Of a DNA stretch of 27,906 nt, positions 12,912 through 21,987 are shown piece after piece; position 1 is the stretch's first letter; each line of letters starts with the position of its first letter. The stretch is taken from IMG/VR virus record IMGVR_UViG_3300037477_000038, positions 1 to 27,906 of that record; one strand, 5' to 3'. The translations under genes and the position numbers were made by a program. The notes under the pieces were generated by a model. It was not told the DNA's origin, did not search any database, and was given only the letters and a program-made list of their open reading frames with translations. Source of the stretch: a virus. Lineage: Duplodnaviria; Caudoviricetes.

Positions 12912-13079
12912 TCAGGGTCCCTTTCCTAGGTCGTACAGCTCCGCCGTCAGGCGCTCGTTCTCGAGGCGCAGGCGCTCAATCTCCGCGATGAGCTGGCGCA
13001 CGGTCGGGTCCGGGTGAGGTTCCACGTGAAACACCGCGGCGACGACGGGCGCGGGCATGGAGGCTTGGTTGTAGTTCAT
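12912..13079 (-). CDS. Small coiled-coil protein (55 aa, MNYNQASMPAPVVAAVFHVEPHPDPTVRQLIAEIERLRLENERLTAELYDLGKGP)
   Basis: ATGA overlap with the upstream gene, high GC3, fills the gap. Not in the supplied ORF track. Confidence 0.65.
   Translation of the reverse strand: MNYNQASMPAPVVAAVFHVEPHPDPTVRQLIAEIERLRLENERLTAELYDLGKGP
13018..13033. other. parS: parS centromere-like site
   Basis: GGTTCCACGTGAAACA, 15/16 match to the chromosomal parS consensus TGTTNCACGTGAAACA. Confidence 0.75.
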
Positions 13080-13516
13080 ACGAGAGTGAGGCTCCCTTCG
13101 ATGCTGAGCAGACCGGTTGCGTCCTGCCGGACGACGAACGCATTGAGCGCCTGGGCAGCTGCAGCGGTGACGGTGAGACTTGGTGTCTCGATGTCTCCGC
13201 CGCCGCCCACTGCGCTGATGGTGCCGGTCAGCGCAGTGGCTGCGTTCTGGTTGACGATGATGAAGCGGTTGGCCGTGCCCGCTACCGCCGTGCCCGTGTT
13301 GGCTACCGGCGCCGAGAGCGTGGAGCTGAGCGAGAGCGCTCGCCCGCCTGCCGTGCCGAAGGGCGTGCCCGTGCTGGAGGCGCCGAGGTTGAAGACGCAG
13401 AGCGCGGTGTTCGTCTGGTAGACGGTGAGCGTCGCCTGGCCCGTGCCCGAGACCATGAACGTCTCGAAGCCGTCGAGCAGGGCGTTGCTGGCAGTGACGG
13501 AGAGGGCGAGTGTCAT
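13076..13516 (-). CDS. Putative virion structural protein (paralogue of 12525-12908)
   Basis: ASNALLDGF...GTGQATL...TALCVFNL...TPFGTA pattern. Confidence 0.7.
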   Translation of the reverse strand: MTLALSVTASNALLDGFETFMVSGTGQATLTVYQTNTALCVFNLGASSTGTPFGTAGGRALSLSSTLSAPVANTGTAVAGTANRFIIVNQNAATALTGTISAVGGGGDIETPSLTVTAAAAQALNAFVVRQDATGLLSIEGSLTLV

Positions 13517-13520
13517 GGTG

Positions 13521-13694
13521 TCATCCGTTCGGGTCGTCGTAGGAGAGCTCGGGGCGGTTCGCGGTGCCGCCGGTCACGACCAGCCTGGTTGCCTGAATGG
13601 CGCCGCGCAGCAGGTCTTTGATGAACTCGTTGAAAACCTGCGCAGAGGAGCGGGTCTTGATGGTCGGCCGAAACTTCTTGCGTCGTGATGCCAT
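13521..13694 (-). CDS. Small basic protein (57 aa, MASRRKKFRPTIKTRSSAQVFNEFIKDLLRG...)
   Basis: TGATG coupling with the upstream gene and high GC3. Confidence 0.6.
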   Translation of the reverse strand: MASRRKKFRPTIKTRSSAQVFNEFIKDLLRGAIQATRLVVTGGTANRPELSYDDPNG

Positions 13695-14488
13695 CAGGTG
13701 GGTGCCTCGAATGAGGTGAGTAGTGCGCGCGCCGCGGGGGTGAGCAGCCCTTCGGTCGCTCCGGCCATGCGTGAACCGAAAATGTAGATGTTGGGACCGA
13801 TGTCACCCACCCAGCCGTTGCCGCCGGTACTCGCGTTCTGCGCGAACAAGTTCATGGACCCGGTCGGGACCTGCATGCTCGACGCAAAGGTGCCTGGCGT
13901 GCCGTTGTTGTCGGCGTACGCGCACGTCTGGAGCGCGCCGTCCCGGCTGGCAACCACCCGCACGGTCTCCGCTTCGCCCGTGTCGAGTGACATCTCCCAC
14001 GTGCAAAACGCCCACGTGTTGGTCACCCACATGGTGGAGGGGCCTCCGCGTCGTGCCGTCGTTGGGGTATCGAACGCAGCGATGTTGTCACCCACGAAGC
14101 GCTGGATGATGAGCTTGCGGGTGGACGCCCCGCCGCCGCCAGCGCTGTCGATGCTCACGGGCACCGGGTTGCCTGCCGCGGTCGTCACTCGCATCCACGC
14201 GCCAAAGCCCCATTTCGTGGCGCTGTTGATCGGCGTAGACAGCGGCGCCTGCAACGCCGAGGCGTTGCAAGTGAGAATGGGCAGGCCGTTGGCACTCGAG
14301 GCCAGGGTCGGCTTGCGCGCGGCGATGCTCGTGGTCGCCGCGTTCGTGGACAACACGTCGGGCAGCGTGAAGGGCCCGCCCGCACCCGCGTTGCTGGCGT
14401 CGGCCACACGGAACCACGCGGCGACCACGCCCGACTGCAGAATCTGGTTGGCCAGACTGCCCTTGAAGCTGCCGCGCGCGCCGCCCAT
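13694..14488 (-). CDS. Putative virion protein with LamG/concanavalin-like beta-sandwich
   Basis: AWFR.AD...RKPT....NGLP...GFGAWMR...TNTWAF...WVGDIG.IYIF pattern. Confidence 0.65.
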   Translation of the reverse strand: MGGARGSFKGSLANQILQSGVVAAWFRVADASNAGAGGPFTLPDVLSTNAATTSIAARKPTLASSANGLPILTCNASALQAPLSTPINSATKWGFGAWMRVTTAAGNPVPVSIDSAGGGGASTRKLIIQRFVGDNIAAFDTPTTARRGGPSTMWVTNTWAFCTWEMSLDTGEAETVRVVASRDGALQTCAYADNNGTPGTFASSMQVPTGSMNLFAQNASTGGNGWVGDIGPNIYIFGSRMAGATEGLLTPAARALLTSFEAPT

Positions 14489-14907
14489 TACACTCCCGCT
14501 GAGGTGCGGTCCTCGGAGTCGAGGCTCATGTTGACGTTGAAGGGTGCGACTTGTCGCAGGGCGCCGTTGTTGAACTTCACCCGGACGTCAGCGTAGGGGC
14601 CGATGAAGATTTCGTCGGTGAACGTGGTGGAGTCGCCGACGGGCTCGTTGGTCGTGGATGCGTAGAACTCCACCCAGTTGGCGCCGCCGTCGATGCTGTA
14701 CTGCGCCGTCACGCTGTTGCCGGTGGTGTTGGTGACCGGGGTGATGGAGTAGGTGAACCAGTAAAAGTCGGCGACGTTTTGCAGGTTGCGCGCGCCCATC
14801 GCGGTGACCGAGTTGAAGAGCACGACGACCTCAGCCGGCGCGGGCAGGCCCGTGCCGTCGGCGGTCTGCGTGGCCTTGAAGGGGATGCGGGTTTTGTGGC
14901 TGCTCAT
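14488..14907 (-). CDS. Putative virion structural protein (139 aa)
   Basis: ATG 14907 overlaps the upstream stop. Contains YSIDGGANW (Asp-box-like) and a beta-sandwich pattern. Confidence 0.7.
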   Translation of the reverse strand: MSSHKTRIPFKATQTADGTGLPAPAEVVVLFNSVTAMGARNLQNVADFYWFTYSITPVTNTTGNSVTAQYSIDGGANWVEFYASTTNEPVGDSTTFTDEIFIGPYADVRVKFNNGALRQVAPFNVNMSLDSEDRTSAGV

Positions 14908-17495
14908 TGCTCTGCTTCCTTCTGCGCGGTGCGGCGCCGGGGGATGCGCCGGGGCGTGCGCTTGGTGACGGTGCGCTCGCCCGCGGGCGCCGCCGGCTTC
15001 GACTCTTTCTCGTCGTCCTTCGTGGCGCCCCGCGTCGCGGCGGCGATCATGCGCGTGGCTGCCGCTGCCTTGCCGGGTGCCGAGCGCTCGATGTTGCGAG
15101 CGATGGGGTAGGCGGTGCGCAGCACGGCCTTGTCGCCCAGCCCCCAGAGGTTCCACGGGGAGGCGAGCGGGTTACGCGCCGTCCCTCCCAGGGCTGCCTT
15201 CTTGCGCAGGTCGTCCAGGTCCTCGGCGACGAGAGCGCCGCGGAGCTGCTCGCGCGCCGGCCCCCCTGCTTCGCGTGCTGCGGAGCGCAGCGCCGAGGTG
15301 GCCTTGTCGTTGCCCTTGCTCTTGCCCACCCTCACGACCGTGTCGCGGACGCCGTCGTCCTTGTCCGCGCCGATGCGCTTGACCCCCTTCTTCGCCTTGC
15401 CGATGTCCTTGTCGTGCTGGTCACGCGCGGCGCCGTAGTCGCCCGTGCCTCGCGCAGCGCGGTCCTTGCGGGCCGCCTCCTGCAGGGATTTGACCTGCTT
15501 GTCCTTGCTCGCGCCCAGCTCCTCGATGACCGTATCGAAGTGCGCGGAGTCGTGGCGGCGCGGCGTGACCCAGACGGCAGGGCCCTTCTTCTTGCCGAGC
15601 TTCTCGAAATCGAGCTTGCCCGTCTCCTGCCATTCAGGCGACAGAAACGACCGGGCCTCGTCCGCCGTGAGGGGAATGCCGTGCGCGGTCTTGCGCGTCG
15701 AGACGCCTTCGATGTTCTTGTTGAAGATGCCTTTGACCTCGCTCTCGCTGCCGGGCTTGGCCACGCCCGGCAGGCCCTTCTTGGGCACGGGGCTCGTCAG
15801 CTCGCGCAGCTTCTCGACGCTCGTCTCGGCCAGGTTGCGAGCGGGCAGCGTGTAGCCCGCCTCGGGCGTCCCCCGGTGCGTCGCGACGGTGCTGGCCTCT
15901 GCCTGCTCCGCCTTCGCCACGCGGCCGCGAGCGACGTCGCCGAGCGGCTCGTCCAGGTCGCTGGCGAGGACCGTGAGCGCATCGCGACCGCCTTCCTTGC
16001 GGCCACGGAGCGCCGCGTCCTTCACGATCTGCGGGTCAACGTGCCCCCTGCCGACGCGGACCTCGACGCCGTGCGACTCGAGGCGCCCCGGAGCTCCCTC
16101 GTAGCGTGGGCCCGTGCGCACATTTTCGGCGAAGCCCGAGGCCCCCTTACGCAAGCCCGTGCCGAGCGCGTGGAGCACCGCGCCGCCGCCAGCCGCCATC
16201 GCCGCATGCTCGCCCACGTCCTTCAGGGTCGTGCCCGTGTCGCCCGTCTCGGCGTACCGTGAGCCCGCCTGGATGCCTTCCCGCACGGCCTGGTCGGTCG
16301 CTGCCGCCCCTCCGCCGCGCAGGGTGCTGTTCACGACGCCCCGCTCGGCGGCCTTGGCGCCCCCCGTGATGGCGTCCCAGAGGCCATTGGACAGCGACCA
16401 CTCGGCGAGCGACTTGGTGCCTTGCTCTGCTGCCTCGACGCCGGCACCCACCAGTGCCTTGGCGCCGCGGTACAGTCCCTTGGCGGCGCCCTCCACCAGG
16501 CCCGGCGCGATGCCCGCCACTTGCCCGAGGGCGTGAGCGATCGGGTGCTCCTCATCGAGCATGGTGTCGCGCTCGCGCTCGGAGCCCTCGCCGCGGGCTG
16601 GGATGCCGCCTACGCTCTTGGTCTGGCGGAGCTGGGCGTCCCGGGCGGCCTGTGTGGAAGCGTCCCAGCGCTTTTTACTTTCCTCCGTCTGGAACATGCC
16701 GGGCTCTTTGCTCGGCGCAAACGCTCCCGATTCGCGCGCCGCTCTCCCCGCGCCGAAGTTGGCGAGATCGTCGTACCCGAGCACGAACGCTTCCAGGGCA
16801 TCCCCCGGTACGCTGCCGAGCTTCGTCTTGAGCGAGTCGAGCAGGCTCGCGTTCTTGCCGTCGCCGAGCCAGGGCGCCGCCGAGTAGCGGTACGCCGTCT
16901 TGCCCGCCTCAGCGGCGGAGTTGGCCGCCATGCGCCAATGGTGGGCTTGGTAGGCCTGCTCGACGCTGTCACCCTTCTCGACGGTGGCGCCGGGCGACAT
17001 GTGCAGCCCGATGTAATCGAGCAGGGCCGGGTTGTTGGCGAGGTCCTCCCTCACCTTGGACAGCGGCGCGTCGTAGACGATGACCTTGCCGTTGGGGTTG
17101 TCGAGGTCGCCCTGCACCCACTCGTCCTTGGCTGCCTCGTCGCCTGCCGGGTGCGTGGTAGCGGGCAGGGTCGCGAGCGCCTGCGGGACGAGCGGCTGCA
17201 TCGGGTCGAGCATGCCCAGGAGCCGATCGACGCGCGGGTCAGCTGCAGGCGCAGGCGCGTCATGACTCAGCTGCTGGGAGATCTCCTCCTGGCTCGGCAG
17301 GCCCTCGGTGGGGGCGCTCAGCGCGCTCACCTCTCTCGCCGTGCCGGGGTCGTCGGCGGCGATGTCGTTCTTCTGCTCGTAGTCCGCGAGCGCCGCCTGC
17401 ACCTTGGCGATCGAGTCGGCGTCGTCGGGGTACTGCGCGCGGTACTGCTCGAGCGCCGCCTTCTTGTGCATGTATTCGGAGTAGGAGGCGAGCAT
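14904..17495 (-). CDS. Large internal virion / DNA ejection protein (863 aa)
   Basis: Helical, Ala/Gly-rich, and last of a series of large ORFs after the nozzle, as in podoviruses. Confidence 0.65.
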   Translation of the reverse strand: MLASYSEYMHKKAALEQYRAQYPDDADSIAKVQAALADYEQKNDIAADDPGTAREVSALSAPTEGLPSQEEISQQLSHDAPAPAADPRVDRLLGMLDPMQPLVPQALATLPATTHPAGDEAAKDEWVQGDLDNPNGKVIVYDAPLSKVREDLANNPALLDYIGLHMSPGATVEKGDSVEQAYQAHHWRMAANSAAEAGKTAYRYSAAPWLGDGKNASLLDSLKTKLGSVPGDALEAFVLGYDDLANFGAGRAARESGAFAPSKEPGMFQTEESKKRWDASTQAARDAQLRQTKSVGGIPARGEGSERERDTMLDEEHPIAHALGQVAGIAPGLVEGAAKGLYRGAKALVGAGVEAAEQGTKSLAEWSLSNGLWDAITGGAKAAERGVVNSTLRGGGAAATDQAVREGIQAGSRYAETGDTGTTLKDVGEHAAMAAGGGAVLHALGTGLRKGASGFAENVRTGPRYEGAPGRLESHGVEVRVGRGHVDPQIVKDAALRGRKEGGRDALTVLASDLDEPLGDVARGRVAKAEQAEASTVATHRGTPEAGYTLPARNLAETSVEKLRELTSPVPKKGLPGVAKPGSESEVKGIFNKNIEGVSTRKTAHGIPLTADEARSFLSPEWQETGKLDFEKLGKKKGPAVWVTPRRHDSAHFDTVIEELGASKDKQVKSLQEAARKDRAARGTGDYGAARDQHDKDIGKAKKGVKRIGADKDDGVRDTVVRVGKSKGNDKATSALRSAAREAGGPAREQLRGALVAEDLDDLRKKAALGGTARNPLASPWNLWGLGDKAVLRTAYPIARNIERSAPGKAAAATRMIAAATRGATKDDEKESKPAAPAGERTVTKRTPRRIPRRRTAQKEAEQ

Positions 17496-19810
17496 CAGAG
17501 CCCCTCGAGTAGTTTCTTGCGGGCAGCGTCCTGGCCACCGGCGGCAGGCTTCGAGCTCGCGGGCTTCTCTGCGGGCGCGTCGCCCTTCCTGTTCCTCGCG
17601 TAGAAGTCGAGGATGCTGCCGACCGTGATGTCGCCGCCGTCCTTGGGCTGCCAGGGCTTGTTGGCCTCGTAATCGGCGGTGCCCTTGGGGTACACGACCG
17701 CGTCACGGTTGGCGCTCTTGCCTACGAACGCAGGTGCCGCGACGGCCAGGTCGTAGTCCTCTTGGGGGCTATCTTCGTCGACCCCACTGTTGGCGAAGTA
17801 CTCGGCCGCGATGGGCGCTTGTTCGGCTGCCGAGAGCTCGCGCAGTTCGGCGGCGTTCGCAAACTTCTTGCCCGTGCGCGGGTTGGTGTACCGACGCGCC
17901 GTCGAGTCGATCATCTGGATGATGCCGCTCGCGCTCGAGCCCGGGTTCTTCGCGTTGCCGTCGCCCTTGCTCTCGGGGCCCATGACCCTGCGCATCTTGT
18001 CGGGGTCGAGGCCATGGTCGCCGGCGGCGCGCTCGAGGGCTCCATCGAAGTCGTCCTCGGTGTCGGGGCCGTCGCCGTCGTCGACGGTCGCGCTCGCCGG
18101 GGTGGCGCCGGGGCTGGCCTCCTCGGGCTCTTCCTCGGGCGGGTTCTCCTTGTCGTAGGCAGCGCGCAGCTCTGGCGACAACACGCCCTCAGCGAACTCG
18201 CTGTAACCGCGCCCAACGAGCGGGTCCGGGTTCGAGTGTGCCTGGTCCAGGGTGCCGCTGTACCAGTCGAACACCATCTTCTTGTTGCGCTCGCGCATGG
18301 AGCCGACGAAGGCGAGCATCGACTTCTTCACATCTTCATTGAACCCGCCTTTGGTGAGCTGGTGGATGTATTGATCGATTTTCCCGACGAGGCTCGCCCG
18401 ATCGAGGCCCGTCAAACGATTCGCATCCGCGTCCGACTGCTGTTTCGATTGGGCGTTCAACTGGCCCAATAGGTTGACGGCTCGATCTTGGCCGAGCGGG
18501 TCGCCGCTCGTGAGCATCCGTTCCACCTCGTCGGCGATGGCAAAGGTGGCCACGGAGTCCTGGATCTTACCCTTCGTGAATGTCACCTCGGCGCGCTTGT
18601 TGCCCCGCTGTACGAGCTCCTGCTCTTCCTTGCGCGTGAGCGGCTTGTCGCGCGCGGCCTTCGCCTTGGCGTCTTCCTTCTCGAGATCGAACTCGTGCTC
18701 GCGCTCGCGAGCGATGGCGGCGTCGGCAGGAGCCCGCAGCTTGAGCGAAGCGTCGAGCGTCTTGTCCGCCGGCAACGCCATGTCCTGAGCGGCCTGGTTG
18801 GCTGCATGCGTGCTGTCCCGGTAGGCAGCGGGCATCGAGGCCTCGATGTTGGCCATGACGGGACCGAGCCGGCGCTGCGCCTGCGCGTTCATGGCGCCCG
18901 TATCGATGACGTTCTTGGGCACGCCGCCCATGATGTCGTCCTGGTCTGGCGGCACCGGGCCGAGCCGAGCGGGGCGGAGCGCAGCGAGCGGGTCGAGCCC
19001 CTGCGGCGCCTGGCGGTACTCGGGCTTGATGGGACTCGTGTCCTCCGTGGGGTCGGCGCCGGGCGCGGGTGGCCCGATGTCGCGCTCGACCTCGAGCGGG
19101 GCCTGCGCCACGGCGCGATCGGTGGCTGCCCGCTGCTGGGAGCCGCCGCCGGTGACGCGGGCAATCTGCTCGGGCGTCATGTCGTCAGACGAGCTGATGC
19201 CGGGGCCGCCGTCCGCCTTCCCGCGGGTGCCGAGCGTGTCGTAGCCGAGCGGGTTCAGGCGCCCGAGCGACGCGGTCAGCGACTCGTCGCCGGGGTGGGT
19301 GCTGTAGGGGTTCTCGGGGTTGTCGACTTCGCCCGGCGCCGTCTGCGCGTCGCGCGCGGCCTGCTCCCTCTTGTACTTCTCGGCGTCGAGCTCGATGTGC
19401 CAGGTGGGCAGCCCGTGCTCGTCTTCGCCCGTGCGCTCGGCGAGCCCACCGAGCTCGTTCAGGCGGTTGGCGGCGCCCTCCATGCCCTCGTAGTCGCCGG
19501 TGTCCCGGTACTTGAGCATCGTGTCGTGGGCTTCGCGGCGCTGCTTCAGGGTCTCGGCTTCGGCCTGGGCCGCCTGCTGCGCGCGCTGCCGCTGGTCCAT
19601 CATCTTGGCGCGGGTCATCTCGCCCGCTTCGCTGACGCGGCGGAGCTCGGCTTCCTCGGCGTTCCTGCGCTTGGTCTCTTCGAACTGCTCGCGCGCGAGC
19701 TTCAGTTGCTTGCGCTGCATGGACGTCTCGCCGTCGTCAAAGAACCCGCTCAAGTCGAGCTTGGGGACCGGCTGCAACCGAGAGAGCAAATCTTGGGTGT
19801 TGATGGCCAT
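17495..19810 (-). CDS. Ejection protein with C-terminal lytic transglycosylase (SLT-like) domain
   Basis: AA..HGLDP..M..VM..ES.G...A.NP.SSASGIIQM...TA motif, with catalytic Glu in ES and a GLMQ-like GIIQ. Confidence 0.8.
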   Translation of the reverse strand: MAINTQDLLSRLQPVPKLDLSGFFDDGETSMQRKQLKLAREQFEETKRRNAEEAELRRVSEAGEMTRAKMMDQRQRAQQAAQAEAETLKQRREAHDTMLKYRDTGDYEGMEGAANRLNELGGLAERTGEDEHGLPTWHIELDAEKYKREQAARDAQTAPGEVDNPENPYSTHPGDESLTASLGRLNPLGYDTLGTRGKADGGPGISSSDDMTPEQIARVTGGGSQQRAATDRAVAQAPLEVERDIGPPAPGADPTEDTSPIKPEYRQAPQGLDPLAALRPARLGPVPPDQDDIMGGVPKNVIDTGAMNAQAQRRLGPVMANIEASMPAAYRDSTHAANQAAQDMALPADKTLDASLKLRAPADAAIAREREHEFDLEKEDAKAKAARDKPLTRKEEQELVQRGNKRAEVTFTKGKIQDSVATFAIADEVERMLTSGDPLGQDRAVNLLGQLNAQSKQQSDADANRLTGLDRASLVGKIDQYIHQLTKGGFNEDVKKSMLAFVGSMRERNKKMVFDWYSGTLDQAHSNPDPLVGRGYSEFAEGVLSPELRAAYDKENPPEEEPEEASPGATPASATVDDGDGPDTEDDFDGALERAAGDHGLDPDKMRRVMGPESKGDGNAKNPGSSASGIIQMIDSTARRYTNPRTGKKFANAAELRELSAAEQAPIAAEYFANSGVDEDSPQEDYDLAVAAPAFVGKSANRDAVVYPKGTADYEANKPWQPKDGGDITVGSILDFYARNRKGDAPAEKPASSKPAAGGQDAARKKLLEGL

Positions 19811-19813
19811 GCG

Positions 19814-21472
19814 TCAATCGCCTTTGCTCTTGGAGGCGCGGACTACGCCAGCGGCGGCGTTGATGGAGTCGTAGATCTGGCTGATCTGCTGCTGGTCGTA
19901 ACCGGCCTCCTGCAAATAGGGGGCAATCTCGGTGTTCCAGGTGTTCTCCATGTCCTGCTGGCTGCCGGAGAACATGGCCTGCAGGTTCCCCCCAATGACG
20001 TTCTGCAAGTCCTTGGTCATGTTGCGGACCGCATCGATTTGCATGACCTGCCGCGCAACGCGCTGGTTCTCGGCGCCCTGGGCGGTGTCGTTGAAGGCGT
20101 TGAGACGGTTCAGGTCGTCCTGCGAGCCCGTGTGTGCGATGTCGGACGCGGTCGAGAGGCGGTTGTTGTCGAGGGTGCCTGCGGCCGTCGCGGCGTTGCT
20201 GCTCGCCGTGTAGTTGTTGCGGTTCTGGTCATCCACGCCGAACGCGATGTCGGCGCCCGTCTTGGCTCGGTCGAGCTGCGTCTGGTCGGCGTTGTTCATC
20301 GCCGTGTTGGATGCCGTGTAGCGGTCCGTCTCGGCGCGGTCGGCGTTGTTGGCGATGTTGCCGAGCGCGCTCATGCCGGCGATGCTGCTGTTCTGCGCGT
20401 TGGTCCGCTGCGTGTCGGCGGCGTTGGCCTGGTTGCCTAGGATGTCCATGCTCTGGTTCTGCAGCTGGCCCATCTGGTTGTTCAGGTTGCCGTAGGTCTC
20501 CACGCCCTTCATGTTGGCGTTGAACGCATCGGTGCCGCTCAGGTCGCCCATGCGCGCCTGGTTGCCGAGCAGCTCTTGGCGAGCGCGCTGCTCTTGCTCG
20601 ATGGCCATCTGGTTGCCGAACGTGGTCTGTGCACGCTTGGCGTTCAGATCGGTGATGATGTTGCCGACGCCAGAGAGAGCCTCGCTCGAACCGTACACAC
20701 CGCGGCCCGCCGCGCCCTGATTGTAGCTCTGCGTGCCGAGCTGGATGGCCCGGTCGTAGTAGGGGTCGGCAGAGTCTGGCAGCGGCATGTCGCCGAACGC
20801 GCCTTGCGTCTGGGCGTACTGCCCTGCCGCCAGGTTGTCGCCCGTGTACTGGCCATTGCTGCCGTAGCCGCTGGCGATGTTGGCCATGTTGTTCTGGCCA
20901 ATGGTGCCGTTGCCGATCTGAGCGGAGCTGGCGCCATACTGGCCCTGCGCGTTGCCCGCGCCGGTGTAGCCCGTGAAGTTGTCGTACTGCCCCTGCGCCT
21001 GGTCGTTGAACGCGCCCGCGGCGCCGGTGGGGCTGAAGTTCTGGGTAGCCTCGCGAGTGTACTGCTCGCCGGCAAAGGGGCTGTTGAACTGGCCCTGCTG
21101 CCCCTGCCAATACTGCGCGCCCTGGCCTGGGCCGTCGAGCGTGCCCAGGTTCTCGTTCAGGTAGGTCTGCCCCGCGCTCGGCTGCCCCGCCTGGGTTGCG
21201 AGGTTCTGCTGGGTCTGAGCGTAGGGGTCCTCGAGCAGCCGGTTCTGGGTGTAGTTCAGCGCCTGCTCGCCATAGCCAGGGTTGACCAGGTTGTTGCCTG
21301 GGTCCTGAAGCGGAGCGGGCGTCGTGAAGGGGTTGGAGGCTCCATTGAACCCGCCAGCAAACGCGATGCCGGTGTTGCCCTGCGCGGGGCGCGACGCCAC
21401 CTTGGACGCGCTGCCGATGAGACTGGTGTCGAACGCGGCGGCGGGCGTGCCGCCGGAGCCGTAGGTTGGCAT
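19814..21472 (-). CDS. Gln/Asn/Gly-rich DNA transfer (ejection/pilot) protein
   Basis: DPYY...G....NQ.AAGRG.YGS motif and composition typical of P22/T7-type injection proteins. Confidence 0.7.
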   Translation of the reverse strand: MPTYGSGGTPAAAFDTSLIGSASKVASRPAQGNTGIAFAGGFNGASNPFTTPAPLQDPGNNLVNPGYGEQALNYTQNRLLEDPYAQTQQNLATQAGQPSAGQTYLNENLGTLDGPGQGAQYWQGQQGQFNSPFAGEQYTREATQNFSPTGAAGAFNDQAQGQYDNFTGYTGAGNAQGQYGASSAQIGNGTIGQNNMANIASGYGSNGQYTGDNLAAGQYAQTQGAFGDMPLPDSADPYYDRAIQLGTQSYNQGAAGRGVYGSSEALSGVGNIITDLNAKRAQTTFGNQMAIEQEQRARQELLGNQARMGDLSGTDAFNANMKGVETYGNLNNQMGQLQNQSMDILGNQANAADTQRTNAQNSSIAGMSALGNIANNADRAETDRYTASNTAMNNADQTQLDRAKTGADIAFGVDDQNRNNYTASSNAATAAGTLDNNRLSTASDIAHTGSQDDLNRLNAFNDTAQGAENQRVARQVMQIDAVRNMTKDLQNVIGGNLQAMFSGSQQDMENTWNTEIAPYLQEAGYDQQQISQIYDSINAAAGVVRASKSKGD

Positions 21473-21473
21473 C

Positions 21474-21980
21474 TCAGTACTTCCTCGCCGCCTGCGGGGC
21501 GCTCATCTGGATCGGTGCGGGCCCCGGTCCCGGCGCCTGCAGACCGTTCATGAGCATTTCGCGGCGCTGTGCTTCTTGCCGGTCGAACTCCTGCTTCTTG
21601 GCAATGAACGCCTGCACCTCGGCGCGCTTCTGCGGGTCGACGCCCTGGTAGTTGATGAGCGACGGGTCGAGCTGCGGCTTCATGGGGTTCTGCGCCATCT
21701 GGGCGAGCTGCTCGGGCTGGAACGCTGCGCCGGGGCCGAACATCTGGGCCATCATCTGGTTCTGCGGATTGAAGGCGAGCATCTGCTGGCCGAGCGCGTT
21801 CATGCGCGCCTGCTGGTTCAGCTCCTGCTGCTTCCTGGCCTCCGCGGCGATCTGCTTCTGCTTGGCCTCGAGCGCCTTCTCTGAATCCGTCTTGGCGCCG
21901 AGCAGCGCGCCCACAACAGGGACTCGGGAGACGACGTTCTCGGCCTTGCCGGTAACCATCTTCCAGGGATTGAAGCTCAT
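21474..21980 (-). CDS. Small ejection protein (Gln/Met-rich)
   Basis: N-terminal VPVVGALLG segment then coiled coil. Directly follows the nozzle gene. Confidence 0.6.
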   Translation of the reverse strand: MSFNPWKMVTGKAENVVSRVPVVGALLGAKTDSEKALEAKQKQIAAEARKQQELNQQARMNALGQQMLAFNPQNQMMAQMFGPGAAFQPEQLAQMAQNPMKPQLDPSLINYQGVDPQKRAEVQAFIAKKQEFDRQEAQRREMLMNGLQAPGPGPAPIQMSAPQAARKY

Positions 21981-21987
21981 GGTGCTC

